Shown here piece after piece: positions 52,701-62,373 of a stretch of DNA of 64,000 nt. The translations under genes were made by a program, and so were the position numbers. Source of the stretch: an uncultured Bdellovibrio sp. (lineage in GTDB: Bacteria; Bdellovibrionota; Bdellovibrionia; Bdellovibrionales; Bdellovibrionaceae); assembly GCA_963932905.1 (NCBI GenBank), contig CAWVRN010000010.1:32001-96000 (forward strand). The letters run 5' to 3'. A model generated the notes under the pieces. The model saw only the letters and a list, made by a program, of their open reading frames with translations. It was not told the origin of the DNA and searched no databases. Each line of letters begins with the position of its first letter. Position 1 is the first letter of the stretch.

Positions 52701-52937
52701 CATTAATTTTAGGAACTCGCGACGAGCCCATGGGTTTTTCGCCTCTTCTTCACGTAAAGGCGAAGACATGAATTCTGTATCCACTGCTTTTTGGAATTCA
52801 GGATCTTGCATGTATTGGTCAATGCTTAACCAATGGTTGGCTTGGTTTTTTTCAATCTTTGGACGAGCAGCCTTTTTCGCTGCTAATTCCGCTTCATCGT
52901 GCTGGTGATCATTGTGATCGTGGTGAATTTCAGACAT
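49788..52937 (-). CDS. actB: Alternative complex III subunit ActB (molybdopterin-oxidoreductase-like plus Fe-S domain)
   Basis: Tat motif RREFLK..C; ELPDP..K..WDN; CTGCSAC..AC, CQHC..APC..VCP, CVGTRYC, CTFC..C..CP. Confidence 0.93.
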
Positions 52938-52950
52938 CGGTTACCTCAGA

Positions 52951-53514
52951 TTAATGGTGACACGTAGTGCAGTTAAGAGGAGCTTTGTTTTCTTCTTGTC
53001 TATGGCAGTTGATACAAAAGCCCATCGACAAATCAGCTTGCTGAGTCACTTTTTCCATCGTCTCGATTGGACCATGGCAAGTTTGACAGTTTACGCCTTT
53101 AGTAACGTGCGCCGAGTGATTGAATTGAACGTGATCAGGCAACATGTGTACGCGAACCCATTCAATAGAGTTACCCGCATCATACGCTTCACGCATTTTT
53201 TGTATGTGTGGAGAATCTGTTTTCACTTGTAGGTGGCAGTTCATACATGTTTGCAAAGTAGGAATATTCGAGTGTTTAGAACGTTCGACTTGGTTATGGC
53301 AATACTGACATTGCATACCCAATTTACCCACATGTAGTTCGTGTGAATAAGGAATCGGCTGTTCAGGCTTGTAACCCGTATTGTAGCCCCAATCTGGTTG
53401 AAACTTACATCCTATCACCAGCGACGACAGGCCCACTAAGGAACCTAAAAAGAAAAGAGAAACAAGCGCTTTCACCACTCTCTTTACTTCTAACTTTTTG
53501 AAAAATATAGACAT
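52951..53514 (-). CDS. actA: Alternative complex III pentaheme cytochrome c ActA
   Basis: Five CxxCH (CQYCH, CMNCH, CQTCH, CINCH, CTTCH); PEQPI.YSH; LPDHV.FNH. Confidence 0.92.
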   Translation of the reverse strand: MSIFFKKLEVKRVVKALVSLFFLGSLVGLSSLVIGCKFQPDWGYNTGYKPEQPIPYSHELHVGKLGMQCQYCHNQVERSKHSNIPTLQTCMNCHLQVKTDSPHIQKMREAYDAGNSIEWVRVHMLPDHVQFNHSAHVTKGVNCQTCHGPIETMEKVTQQADLSMGFCINCHRQEENKAPLNCTTCHH

Positions 53515-53982
53515 GAATTATCCTAAATATTTTTTAGTTTAATAATAAAAAAAATTTGTTAATGCTCTATTTAAAATACCAAATCTGCGATTTTGCAAGA
53601 TTCTTTTTGAAAACCAATTGAAATTTTTGAATTTGAAAAATACTGCTAAATAAATAAGCACCTCCAAGTTTTTCACTTCTGCCCATCCCATTTGCATTTT
53701 CAAAATCCAAACAGAAAAAAGCAAAAGCTTTAGCTCCATCAAAACCAATCTCAACCACACCGTAAACTCAAGAAAACAAAACTTTCAAAAAGCAAAAACC
53801 TGCCAAACAAATATACCCCGTAAAAAAAGTCACACTACCACCAACATCCACTTCAAGATTTCTTGAACACCACCAACTCCGCACACAGACGACCACACGA
53901 ATGAAAACCAATCTCATTCGCATAACCACAAAACCCTCACCCACGTCGAAACCTTTCGAAAAAGCTCCCACCAAACACCATT

Positions 53983-54068
53983 GGGAGTGGGCGGCTGGGT
54001 TGGTTTTAAAAACCGCCAAACACAAATCACTTTTTGGGGTTTGAAAACCAACCCAGCCGCCCACTCCC
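53983..54068. repeat. 25-bp perfect inverted repeat with extended imperfect inner stem
   Basis: GGGAGTGGGCGGCTGGGTTGGTTTT (53983-54007) and its reverse complement (54044-54068). Confidence 0.9.
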
Positions 54069-54306
54069 CCTTGCGTTATAACTTTTTCAATTTCAGGATT
54101 TCGTTAATGTTCACAAACCCCCAAGCCGAATCCAACACTTAACCAAAGCCCGCCACATAGCTGTTTTCCCTCACCTTTTGGGAATTGAAAAATCACCTGT
54201 AAAAAACAAATACACTTGGGACGAGCGACATCCTTGTGTTATTTCTTCGCGAGTCAAAAGAGCTCGGGGTGGGCTCAAAATTTAACAAATCTTATTCGGG
54301 GGAATA

Positions 54307-54780
54307 ATGAAATCAATTATCGCAGTCGCACTTATCAGCACACTATTATTAGTAGGCACAGTTATGGCCGAACCATCACCTAATTCAGATTGCAGCATCC
54401 GCCGTAACGGTAGCTACACAGGTGAGGTTATCAGATGGAACCAATTCTTTTCACGCGTAGACCAACACTCTCGCAGTTATGGGTGTTCAGTAGGAAAGAT
54501 CTCTTACACGGCAGAAAGCGGTCGTATGTATATAGATGGACGCAAAGTCGGTTCAAACCTATCAAATTCAGAAGTGGCTCGCATGAAACGTATTTACGGT
54601 TATTCTGAATACTCGTGCCCTACTTTCACGTGCGATGAAACTGGCTACAACTCACCGTCGTATCCATCATATCCTACTTATCCAACTTATCCTCCGAGCA
54701 ACCTATCTTCATGTATCCGCAAGCACATGAATCAAGGTTATTCAGCGGCGACAGCACGTCGCTTATGCGGTGGCTACTAG
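54307..54780 (+). CDS. Secreted Cys-containing hypothetical protein with (P[ST]Y)n linker
   Basis: Signal peptide ..TVMA-EP; PSYPSYPTYPTYPP; C-terminal C-x17-C module. Confidence 0.72.
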   Translation: MKSIIAVALISTLLLVGTVMAEPSPNSDCSIRRNGSYTGEVIRWNQFFSRVDQHSRSYGCSVGKISYTAESGRMYIDGRKVGSNLSNSEVARMKRIYGYSEYSCPTFTCDETGYNSPSYPSYPTYPTYPPSNLSSCIRKHMNQGYSAATARRLCGGY

Positions 54781-54801
54781 TAGGAATTTAGTTTTTCTAA
54801 G

Positions 54802-54831
54802 CATCGACGGGCTGGATTCAGTTCGTCGATG
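54802..54831 (+). terminator. Hairpin between the two secreted-protein genes
   Basis: CATCGACGGGCTG-GATT-CAGTTCGTCGATG with G-U pairs on the plus strand. Confidence 0.5.
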
Positions 54832-54874
54832 AGGTTTAAAGTTTTGGGGTTAGTTTTTCAAATGGGGTTATCAA

Positions 54875-55249
54875 TTGGGACATAAAAACAGTGTATTTTC
54901 AAAATTCAGATTTACGACAGCACTAGCTGTGGCGGGTTGGCTTTTGTTAATCGCTAATTTTGCCCATGCGGTCGTGACCACCCAAGCTGTTGATAAAAAC
55001 CAGTGGAACACTTGTCACGCCGAACTTGCCGCCAAAGGTTATTCGGTTCAAAAACGAAGTGATTTCTGTCGTCGCCCATCTCCGGCGCAATGGACATGCT
55101 CACAAACTATTTTAAGAAAATATCATTCATTAGAATTAGCTCAAGAAACGTGCTTAACCGCACGAACGAGCGAACTTGGTTGTTTTAACCAAGTCCTAAA
55201 TCGTAATTTCGATCCTTACGTTGCCAAACGCGTCTGCAAAATAAAATAG
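54875..55249 (+). CDS. Small secreted protein with three C-x17-C repeats
   Basis: Signal peptide ..FAHA-VV; six Cys in three C-x17-C pairs. Confidence 0.7.
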   Translation: MGHKNSVFSKFRFTTALAVAGWLLLIANFAHAVVTTQAVDKNQWNTCHAELAAKGYSVQKRSDFCRRPSPAQWTCSQTILRKYHSLELAQETCLTARTSELGCFNQVLNRNFDPYVAKRVCKIK

Positions 55250-55264
55250 ATCGCCAGATAAAAA

Positions 55265-56938
55265 CTAAACTTTCGCCGTTTTTAATCGTGAATTGCGGAT
55301 AACCGTTGTGTACACCACTAATAGTAAGTGCGCGACGACAAATCCGCTGACGTACTCGACACCACCGGCACCGAAGCCGTAGGAATGAAGTCCAGCACCT
55401 AATACGAAATTCACTCCGTACCATGCCATGATCACCAACGAGAATGTCAGAACGCCGCAGGCGACCATTCCGAAATCTCGAACCCAACCCACTAAACGTC
55501 CGTGAATCACGGCTAAGTATCCTAATAACGCGATCAATGCCCAAGTTTCTTTTGGGTCCCATCCCCAGAAACGGCCCCAAGAATAATCGGCCCAGATACC
55601 ACCCAATATAATTCCCGGCGCTAAAAACACGACACCAATTTGAATCGAGCGATAAATCGACATAACAATCGCTTTGATTTTGTCTTTGTGTTCGTTTTCA
55701 CCTTTTAAGAAATAGATCAAACCAATATCACCTAATGCGAACGCCAAGAAAAATGCGGCATAGCTGACCGTGATCGTCATCACGTGAATTGTTAACCAGT
55801 AGTTACTACGCAGTACTGGCTCTAACGGCTGCAGTGAAGGATCTAACACAACCGGCGCGGTATCGGCAATAATCATTCCGAACGAAGCAATCAATGCCCC
55901 AGCCATCAAAATGAATTTGAATTTATAAATTTTCTCTAAGACAGCGGCAAAAACAATACTGCCCCAGGCTACCCAAACGACCGTTTCATACATATTCGTC
56001 ACAGGCGCACGATCCATTAAATACGAACGCAGTCCAAAACCTAAGGTGTGTAGCACGAAACCAACGATGACTAAGCCCCACGCCGGATTCATCACCTTGT
56101 GTTTGCTTGTGATCCAAGAGAACAAAATTACCACAGCGCCTAAAAGATAGAAAATGTAGGCCCATTTAAACGGATGAAATCGATTGTAAAACGACTCGAC
56201 ATCAATTTTATTTTGATCCGCATATTTCTCGGGGTTTTCGGCACGCGCTAACTCCTGAAACGCTGTCACTTTAGAATCTAGATCTTGTCTTGCTGTTTTG
56301 ATTTCAGATTCAGCACGACCTTCTGCCATTGCGCCAATTAATGTGATGAAACTTTTTGTTAAATCTAAAAATTTCTCTTGAGCTGGCCCTTGTTGCATAT
56401 CCGCAACTGAAATCCACGTATTGCCTTCTTTCGGAGGAAGAACACGAATCATACGACCTGTCGCGATTTCACTGAATACAAAGTATTGATTTTCTAAACG
56501 ACTTAGAGCTTGAAAATACGGAGTTAGTTTTTCCTTCGTTTCCCGTTTTGCCGCGAGTTCTGCACGTAGTTCAGAAAACTTTGCGCCCGAAAACAACTCT
56601 TCGCCTTTATAATAACGCTTCTGAGAATCCAATCCCAAACGATTTAAAACTTCAAAATTACGAACTTCAAATAACTCTTTGGCCTGCCAAGTTTGCGGCG
56701 CTAACATCCAAGTCAGAATGATTTCATAAGCGTCACGTTTTTCGTATTTTTGTTTACCGTAAACTAACTCCAGCATTTCACGGGCAAAACTATCAAAGGG
56801 TTTGATACGTCCATCGGCTTGAACCGGAAGACTTCTTAAGGCCTCGCCTTCCTTTTCGCTCATAAGGCCGGCGTATGAGAACGACGATGTTAAAGAAGAG
56901 AGTAAAAACAAACCAATTAATAGAGCTTTCATGGGCAC
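55265..56938 (-). CDS. ccsA: System II cytochrome c biogenesis protein CcsA (long form)
   Basis: GRIKPFDSFARE, APVTNMYE, WL.IHV, WWD domain GGIWADYSWGRFWGWDPKETW, GLHSY. Confidence 0.92.
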   Translation of the reverse strand: MPMKALLIGLFLLSSLTSSFSYAGLMSEKEGEALRSLPVQADGRIKPFDSFAREMLELVYGKQKYEKRDAYEIILTWMLAPQTWQAKELFEVRNFEVLNRLGLDSQKRYYKGEELFSGAKFSELRAELAAKRETKEKLTPYFQALSRLENQYFVFSEIATGRMIRVLPPKEGNTWISVADMQQGPAQEKFLDLTKSFITLIGAMAEGRAESEIKTARQDLDSKVTAFQELARAENPEKYADQNKIDVESFYNRFHPFKWAYIFYLLGAVVILFSWITSKHKVMNPAWGLVIVGFVLHTLGFGLRSYLMDRAPVTNMYETVVWVAWGSIVFAAVLEKIYKFKFILMAGALIASFGMIIADTAPVVLDPSLQPLEPVLRSNYWLTIHVMTITVSYAAFFLAFALGDIGLIYFLKGENEHKDKIKAIVMSIYRSIQIGVVFLAPGIILGGIWADYSWGRFWGWDPKETWALIALLGYLAVIHGRLVGWVRDFGMVACGVLTFSLVIMAWYGVNFVLGAGLHSYGFGAGGVEYVSGFVVAHLLLVVYTTVIRNSRLKTAKV

Positions 56939-56941
56939 TCC

Positions 56942-58336
56942 TTACGATTTTTTAGCGTGCGTCCCGGTACCAAGTCTTTTGAAGTAAAACAAAAATATAA
57001 TCCCCAAGGTCATAATTAACGAACCTAAATATTTAAGCCATCGTCCTGGGTCTTTATTGATAGAAAACACAGATGCCACCGGTTGTCCCATCGGGCCATC
57101 TTGGAAGCTGGCTTGATAAATCGTCAAACCGTTATGTTTAAGCGGCTCGTTCATGGAAATTTCATGCTCGCCGATATCTTTGATCGTAACGACCGATTTA
57201 TAGCTCATCGCGCGTGACGTCCCTTGATATTTTTCCATATGGAATTGATTCAAGAAAATCGGAAAACCGATATCAAAACGGCGGTTACCATAGCTGACAA
57301 AGAAAGCGGCATCATCGGCAAAAAATTTCACCGTATCGTTCACTAGCATCCAGTGTTTAGTTTTACCTTGGAATTCCACTTCGACTGCTTCCGTTGTCAG
57401 GGGAGTCGGTTGCGAACGTTGTTCCACTTTCCATTTCTCTTCGGCTTTAGGAAGGTAGCGCAGAATTCTTAATTCTAATCCCATCCAACCGGTTGGGATC
57501 GCTTGGCCTTCGGCTATGGTTCCTTCTTTTTTGGGATCGATGGCATCTTTTGAAAAAAGGGCATACTTAATTTTATCGCCATCGACTTTCATGTAGATTT
57601 CATTGGCGCCCGTTCCCGCTAGGGGAATTGTGCCCAAGTGAACTTTCAGGGGACCAAGATCAATACTTACAACGTGAGTTGGATTACGTTGAACTAACCA
57701 TTCAATAAAATTGGCCTGGCCATTTGAAATTTGAAAACGAATTCCTGACCCTAACTTAGGATTATCGGAAGCCACCGTTTCACGGCTGGCTACCGCGTAT
57801 GGGTAGTAATTAGTGAACCTAATACCGATTTGGTCTTTATATATATTGTAGGGTTTGTCAGGCGTCGGCGCAGCTTTAAAAAAATCGACTTCTTTTTCAA
57901 AAATTTTCGAATAATTTGTACCATCATAAGATGCATACACAGTAACATCAGTTTGCGGCAAACTGACAAAGCGATTTTCATCACCAATGCCGACGCGCAT
58001 ACTGCCGTCGATACCAAATTGATTGGTTATCAATTGCCCAGCCATGATACAAAGAATTCCCACATGAGCGAAAATGAACGAAATGTGTCGCAGTTTCCAT
58101 GGCCAACGATCCACCATCACCGCAATCAAATTGATTGCGAAAATGCCCATCACGATATTCATGTAAATCGAATCGTAAACTAATTTTTTGGCGGCCGCCG
58201 CATCGTACTTGGACTCAACAAAAGTTCCGATGGCCGTTAATGTGGCGATGCTGATAATCACCAGTACCGCGAGTTTTATAGATGCTAAAAATTTCAACAC
58301 TTTATTGGACATGAGGTCCCCTATTATAGTCCCCAA
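56942..58336 (-). CDS. resB: System II cytochrome c biogenesis protein ResB/CcsB
   Basis: LASIKLA..GTFVES, AHVG, ISMNEPL...G..IYQASF, DPG..LKY.G. Confidence 0.85.
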   Translation of the reverse strand: MGTIIGDLMSNKVLKFLASIKLAVLVIISIATLTAIGTFVESKYDAAAAKKLVYDSIYMNIVMGIFAINLIAVMVDRWPWKLRHISFIFAHVGILCIMAGQLITNQFGIDGSMRVGIGDENRFVSLPQTDVTVYASYDGTNYSKIFEKEVDFFKAAPTPDKPYNIYKDQIGIRFTNYYPYAVASRETVASDNPKLGSGIRFQISNGQANFIEWLVQRNPTHVVSIDLGPLKVHLGTIPLAGTGANEIYMKVDGDKIKYALFSKDAIDPKKEGTIAEGQAIPTGWMGLELRILRYLPKAEEKWKVEQRSQPTPLTTEAVEVEFQGKTKHWMLVNDTVKFFADDAAFFVSYGNRRFDIGFPIFLNQFHMEKYQGTSRAMSYKSVVTIKDIGEHEISMNEPLKHNGLTIYQASFQDGPMGQPVASVFSINKDPGRWLKYLGSLIMTLGIIFLFYFKRLGTGTHAKKS

Positions 58337-58352
58337 AAAAGCCGTAAGTCCA

Positions 58353-59144
58353 TTATAAATTTTCTTGGATGTAGCTCAGCGCTTTCTTTAAATTCTGTGA
58401 AACTTTTTGATAGTCGGGATAAATTTTTTTCGTTTCTTCATTCATATAAAGCGCGCGACTCATCTCAACTTGAAGCACTTGCTGCCCTTCTTGTGGCTTT
58501 CCGTACTCTTCTGTTAGGCGACCACCCTTATATGGCCAATTGTAACCCACTTTGAAACCAGCCGTGACATAGGCCGCTATCACAAGATCACGAAATGTGC
58601 GCGAACAGCTGCGCTGATTCGAGTCAGAGATAACAATGTCGGCCCGCTTTTCTCCGGGATCTAGATGCATCGAAGTTCCCAGAGACGGCATAGAATGCAA
58701 ATCCAAATGATATATTGTCTGCTTCCCCGTCCGCTGGCGAAGCTGCGCATACATATCTTTCACTTGTTTGTGAAACGGTTCGTAAATTAGGTTACGGAGT
58801 TTGACGTGCGTGTCAAAGGACATGGGCTCAGAGATTAGTTTTTCTTTGAAGGTAGTGACCGACCAATGGAAACCCCGCTCAAAACCTTTGACATTCGTCG
58901 ATCCCACGACCGAGCTTTGATCTATATCTTGAGGCAATCGATTTAAATCGACAGCGTAACGATGCCACTCTGTTTTCACGAGCGGTAAAGACAAAGATTT
59001 AATTGCATCATCGTAGAGAACGTCGACATAACGATCCACATCGCGCATTAACATCGGTTCCGATAAATTCAACAACCAAGGCGTCAGGTCTGGGATTTTT
59101 TCGCCGGAATGAGGAATCGTTACAAAAAAAGGTTTTTGACTCAA
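58353..59144 (-). CDS. N-formylglutamate amidohydrolase
   Basis: IPHSG, DxYVD.LY, RY.VDLNR, DLHSM, N.PYKGG, LQVE..R.LYM.E. Confidence 0.87.
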   Translation of the reverse strand: MSQKPFFVTIPHSGEKIPDLTPWLLNLSEPMLMRDVDRYVDVLYDDAIKSLSLPLVKTEWHRYAVDLNRLPQDIDQSSVVGSTNVKGFERGFHWSVTTFKEKLISEPMSFDTHVKLRNLIYEPFHKQVKDMYAQLRQRTGKQTIYHLDLHSMPSLGTSMHLDPGEKRADIVISDSNQRSCSRTFRDLVIAAYVTAGFKVGYNWPYKGGRLTEEYGKPQEGQQVLQVEMSRALYMNEETKKIYPDYQKVSQNLKKALSYIQENL

Positions 59145-59173
59145 TCGAGCCTCCTTGCCACAATAATATTAGC

Positions 59174-59758
59174 ATGACTGACGGGAATAAAAAATCAAAA
59201 ATTTACACACGAACAGGCGACAAAGGCTCTACCCGTTTAGTGGATGGATCTAGCGTAAAGAAATTCAATTTGCGCGTCGATGCCTACGGCACCGTTGATG
59301 AGTTAAATTCCTACCTCGGCATTGTACGATTGCATTGCGAGCAGCACAAAATAGAAAACGATTTCTTAGCGACCATTCAACATCATTTGTTTCGCGTCGG
59401 CAGCTTGTTGGCGTGTCAAGACGCTGCGACTTTGAAAATGCTGCCACAAATTGAAGATCGCCATATCGTAGCGCTCGAAAAAAAAATTGACGAACTAGAT
59501 GCCACACTACCCGCTTTGAAAAATTTCATTCTGCCTTTCGGTGATGCCGCCAGTTCGCATGCACAGTATGCACGCACACTATGTAGACGTGCGGAACGTC
59601 GCGCGGTGGAAGTTATGGAAAATTTTGATCAAGATTCGCAATTGTTAAAAGATGTTTTGATCTATCTTAATCGATTGAGTGATTTGTTATTTGTATACTC
59701 TCGTTGGTTCAACTCGAAATCTCAACAGCCAGAAATGATCTGGGACAAAGAAGTTTAG
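59174..59758 (+). CDS. Cob(I)alamin adenosyltransferase (PduO/MMAB type)
   Basis: KIYTRTGDKG, AYGTVDELNS, F.LP, RT.CRRAER, YLNRLSDLLF; start moved to ATG 59174. Confidence 0.92.
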   Translation: MTDGNKKSKIYTRTGDKGSTRLVDGSSVKKFNLRVDAYGTVDELNSYLGIVRLHCEQHKIENDFLATIQHHLFRVGSLLACQDAATLKMLPQIEDRHIVALEKKIDELDATLPALKNFILPFGDAASSHAQYARTLCRRAERRAVEVMENFDQDSQLLKDVLIYLNRLSDLLFVYSRWFNSKSQQPEMIWDKEV

Positions 59759-59760
59759 AA

Positions 59761-60891
59761 ATGCGTTTAGAATTAGCTCAAATGTCCAACAACGAAGAAC
59801 TTCTGGAATTCTATGGCCGCTTCCCGCTCGAGAATTACATGCAATTAAAGCTAGATCGTGGACGTGATTTTTTCAAATACTACAACATACAGTCGGATCA
59901 GTTTGTTTCCTACATTTTACGTGATGAAAAATCAACGATCTTGGGTCATGTCGCTTTCTTGATCGAAACCGTTTTAATTGAGGGCAAAACCACTCGCATT
60001 GCTTGGTCACGGGACCTGCGTATTTCCCCTGAGCGTAAAGCCATCCTGCAATGGTCGGAGCACACCAAGGATGTCTTCGCGGAAGTTAGAAAAATTTTTG
60101 GTGTAGAGTACTTCATGACATCTTTAAATATGAACGAATTGGCCGCACTGAATACGTTCATACGCCCGCGCTCGCAAAAACGTTTCATGCCTAGATATTT
60201 TTTATATCGCAAATTCGACTTGGTATCGCTACATGGCCAGTTCCCATTCACGTACGCGCCCGATTCAAAACTAAAAATCCGCCGCGGCAATCCCAGCCAA
60301 GCGGATCAATACATCAATTACTTATTAAAGAAAAATCAAGACTACGCTTTTAGCTTGTATACGAACAAAGAAAACTTCTTAGAAACCATGGACCGCTGGA
60401 CATCACTTAGCTGGGAAGATTTCTTCATCGCATTTGATTCCAAAGACAACATCGTCGGGATGATGAGTAGCTGGTCCAGCGCCGGTGTTCAAGATTTCAT
60501 TCCTTTGCGCTACTCACTGCTAGCTCATAATTTTCGTCAATTCTTAAAATTCGGAAAATTATTTTCATGGAGTCGAACACTAACGAAGCCGTATCATCGA
60601 ATTAAAATCGAAGCATCACTCAACTTTAGAAGCCTGAACCACATCTATGTGGATCACCCGGATGTTTTTCACAGTTTGCTGTGGAAGGCATACGATGAAG
60701 CTCGTGATAACGAATTCTTAGTTTACGCTCGCGATAGAAAAAATATTAATTTAAAACCACCATTGGGTTGGATTTCGGCAGAGCAAACGTACGGATTGTA
60801 TTGCACGGTTTTACCAGATGAAGAAATTCCGTCGTTCCTGCACCCAAGCCATGAAGGTTTGATGAACCTAGAGACAACGCGATTGATTTAG
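59761..60891 (+). CDS. Hypothetical protein, possible tandem GNAT/Fem-like acyltransferase fold
   Basis: DRGRDFF, DLRI.P.R motif and a duplicated alpha/beta pattern; ATG 2 nt after the upstream stop. Confidence 0.45.
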   Translation: MRLELAQMSNNEELLEFYGRFPLENYMQLKLDRGRDFFKYYNIQSDQFVSYILRDEKSTILGHVAFLIETVLIEGKTTRIAWSRDLRISPERKAILQWSEHTKDVFAEVRKIFGVEYFMTSLNMNELAALNTFIRPRSQKRFMPRYFLYRKFDLVSLHGQFPFTYAPDSKLKIRRGNPSQADQYINYLLKKNQDYAFSLYTNKENFLETMDRWTSLSWEDFFIAFDSKDNIVGMMSSWSSAGVQDFIPLRYSLLAHNFRQFLKFGKLFSWSRTLTKPYHRIKIEASLNFRSLNHIYVDHPDVFHSLLWKAYDEARDNEFLVYARDRKNINLKPPLGWISAEQTYGLYCTVLPDEEIPSFLHPSHEGLMNLETTRLI

Positions 60892-60966
60892 GCTGTCTCG
60901 AACACTCTATTAAGTATAAGAACTTCTTTTTCACTCATAACCTTTATGAACACAGGAACGTGAACC

Positions 60967-61386
60967 CTACCCTACACGATATTTAATAATTTTCTCGACA
61001 TCGGGCTTACATGTTCCACATGCGGTGGAACAACCTGTCCAGCGACTAGCCAGCTCATGCGTGTGAGCTCCGTTAACAATTGCCTGATCCACCGTTTTCG
61101 TTTTCACGTGTCGGCAATGACAGATTTCTTCGTCTTTATAGGGATAATCCCAAGTGCCTTTGAGTTTTAAGACAAACTCACGGATCACCATTTCCGAATG
61201 AGACGTGCCAGATGGCACAGGCCATTTGTAAACATCGTTACCAAAATTAGCACGATAGTTTTTCACCAATTGCGTAAACTCAAAACAACCAATGAAGGAC
61301 ACTTTATTTTGACTGTCTACAGATTCCAATTTGATTTGGTCTCTACCGTCGACTTTGGCTTCTACTAATTTTTTTGCGCTTTCCAT
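60967..61386 (-). CDS. BFD-like [2Fe-2S]-binding protein
   Basis: ICHCRHV ... TGCSTACGTC. Confidence 0.82.
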   Translation of the reverse strand: MESAKKLVEAKVDGRDQIKLESVDSQNKVSFIGCFEFTQLVKNYRANFGNDVYKWPVPSGTSHSEMVIREFVLKLKGTWDYPYKDEEICHCRHVKTKTVDQAIVNGAHTHELASRWTGCSTACGTCKPDVEKIIKYRVG

Positions 61387-61410
61387 AAGCCTAAATTATA
61401 CTCGAGTCCT

Positions 61411-62373
61411 ATGACGAAGGAAACAGTACTGGACTGCGATTTTGTAATTTTGAACAGAATACCTAGTTTGTATTCAGCACAACGCTTTCAATCGGAAATA
61501 ACGCGACTTAATCGCAAAGCCAAACTGGTAACGCCGGAATGGTTGATCGAAAATGCATCTCAATTTGAAACACGCGGCCTAGGTCTGGGGGTACTGTACC
61601 GTCAAGGCGATCTCAATTTTTGGTCGACGCACACGGCACTTGCTAAACTCCCTTTTAAAATCATCAACTCGCCAAGTGCATTTTTAAATGCGCGCGACAA
61701 GTGGCGTACTGCACAGTCTTGGCAGAAGCAAAATATTCCGATGCCTAAAACAGGTGTGCTAACAGATTATTTTTCCTCAGTACCTACTTTGAACATCTCT
61801 GAACTCTTTCAAACACTGAAGGAAAAGTTTGGTTTACCGTTTATGATTAAAAAACGATTCTCTAGTCAAGGCCACGGCGTTTTTCTGATCGATGCCGAAT
61901 CGACTTTGACCGAACTTATCGATCAAGATGCGCCTTTATTTAGTAGTACGAGCGCACTTGAATTGAATTATTTCAAATCAGAATTTGATTCCGACAAAGC
62001 ACCTCCACCCATTTGGATTCAATTGCGACGCTGGATTGCCCAAGAATGCATACAAGAGAGCCTCGGAACTGACACGCGAGTTTTCACAATTCAAAATGAA
62101 CAATTCTGCGTCACACGTCATAACACGCAGTCATTTAAAAGTAATTTACATCAGGGTGGCCAAGCTAAATCCACCATACTAACAGCGCTAGAGGCAGAAC
62201 TCAGTTACAAAATTCATCAGCAATCCGGTTTAAATTACTCAGGCATTGATTTTTTAAGAACAAAGACAGGGCCAAGATTTTTAGAAATTAATCCTAGCCC
62301 GGGATTCGAAGGTGTAGAAACTATCTATAGAGAAAATGTCGCACTGAAACTGATGAACGAATTCAGCAGTTAG
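61411..62373 (+). CDS. RimK-family ATP-grasp ligase
   Basis: ARDKW, P.T, SSQGHGV, QECI, DTRV, FKSNLHQGG, GIDF, LEINPSPGFEG. Confidence 0.85.
   Translation: MTKETVLDCDFVILNRIPSLYSAQRFQSEITRLNRKAKLVTPEWLIENASQFETRGLGLGVLYRQGDLNFWSTHTALAKLPFKIINSPSAFLNARDKWRTAQSWQKQNIPMPKTGVLTDYFSSVPTLNISELFQTLKEKFGLPFMIKKRFSSQGHGVFLIDAESTLTELIDQDAPLFSSTSALELNYFKSEFDSDKAPPPIWIQLRRWIAQECIQESLGTDTRVFTIQNEQFCVTRHNTQSFKSNLHQGGQAKSTILTALEAELSYKIHQQSGLNYSGIDFLRTKTGPRFLEINPSPGFEGVETIYRENVALKLMNEFSS

Noticed and set aside
53539..54064. Short minus-strand ORFs (73, 63 and 98 aa) upstream of actA
   Set aside because: Explained by the G/T-rich skew and the palindrome; no SD or family motif
53515..54306. Replication origin or c-di-GMP (GEMM) riboswitch
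   Set aside because: No DnaA-box cluster (TTATCCACA) and no GGCAAA..GAAA..GGACGCAAA GEMM pattern found on either strand
59003..59173. N-terminal extension of the adenosyltransferase ORF
   Set aside because: Overlaps the divergent gene; the family motif begins right after ATG 59174
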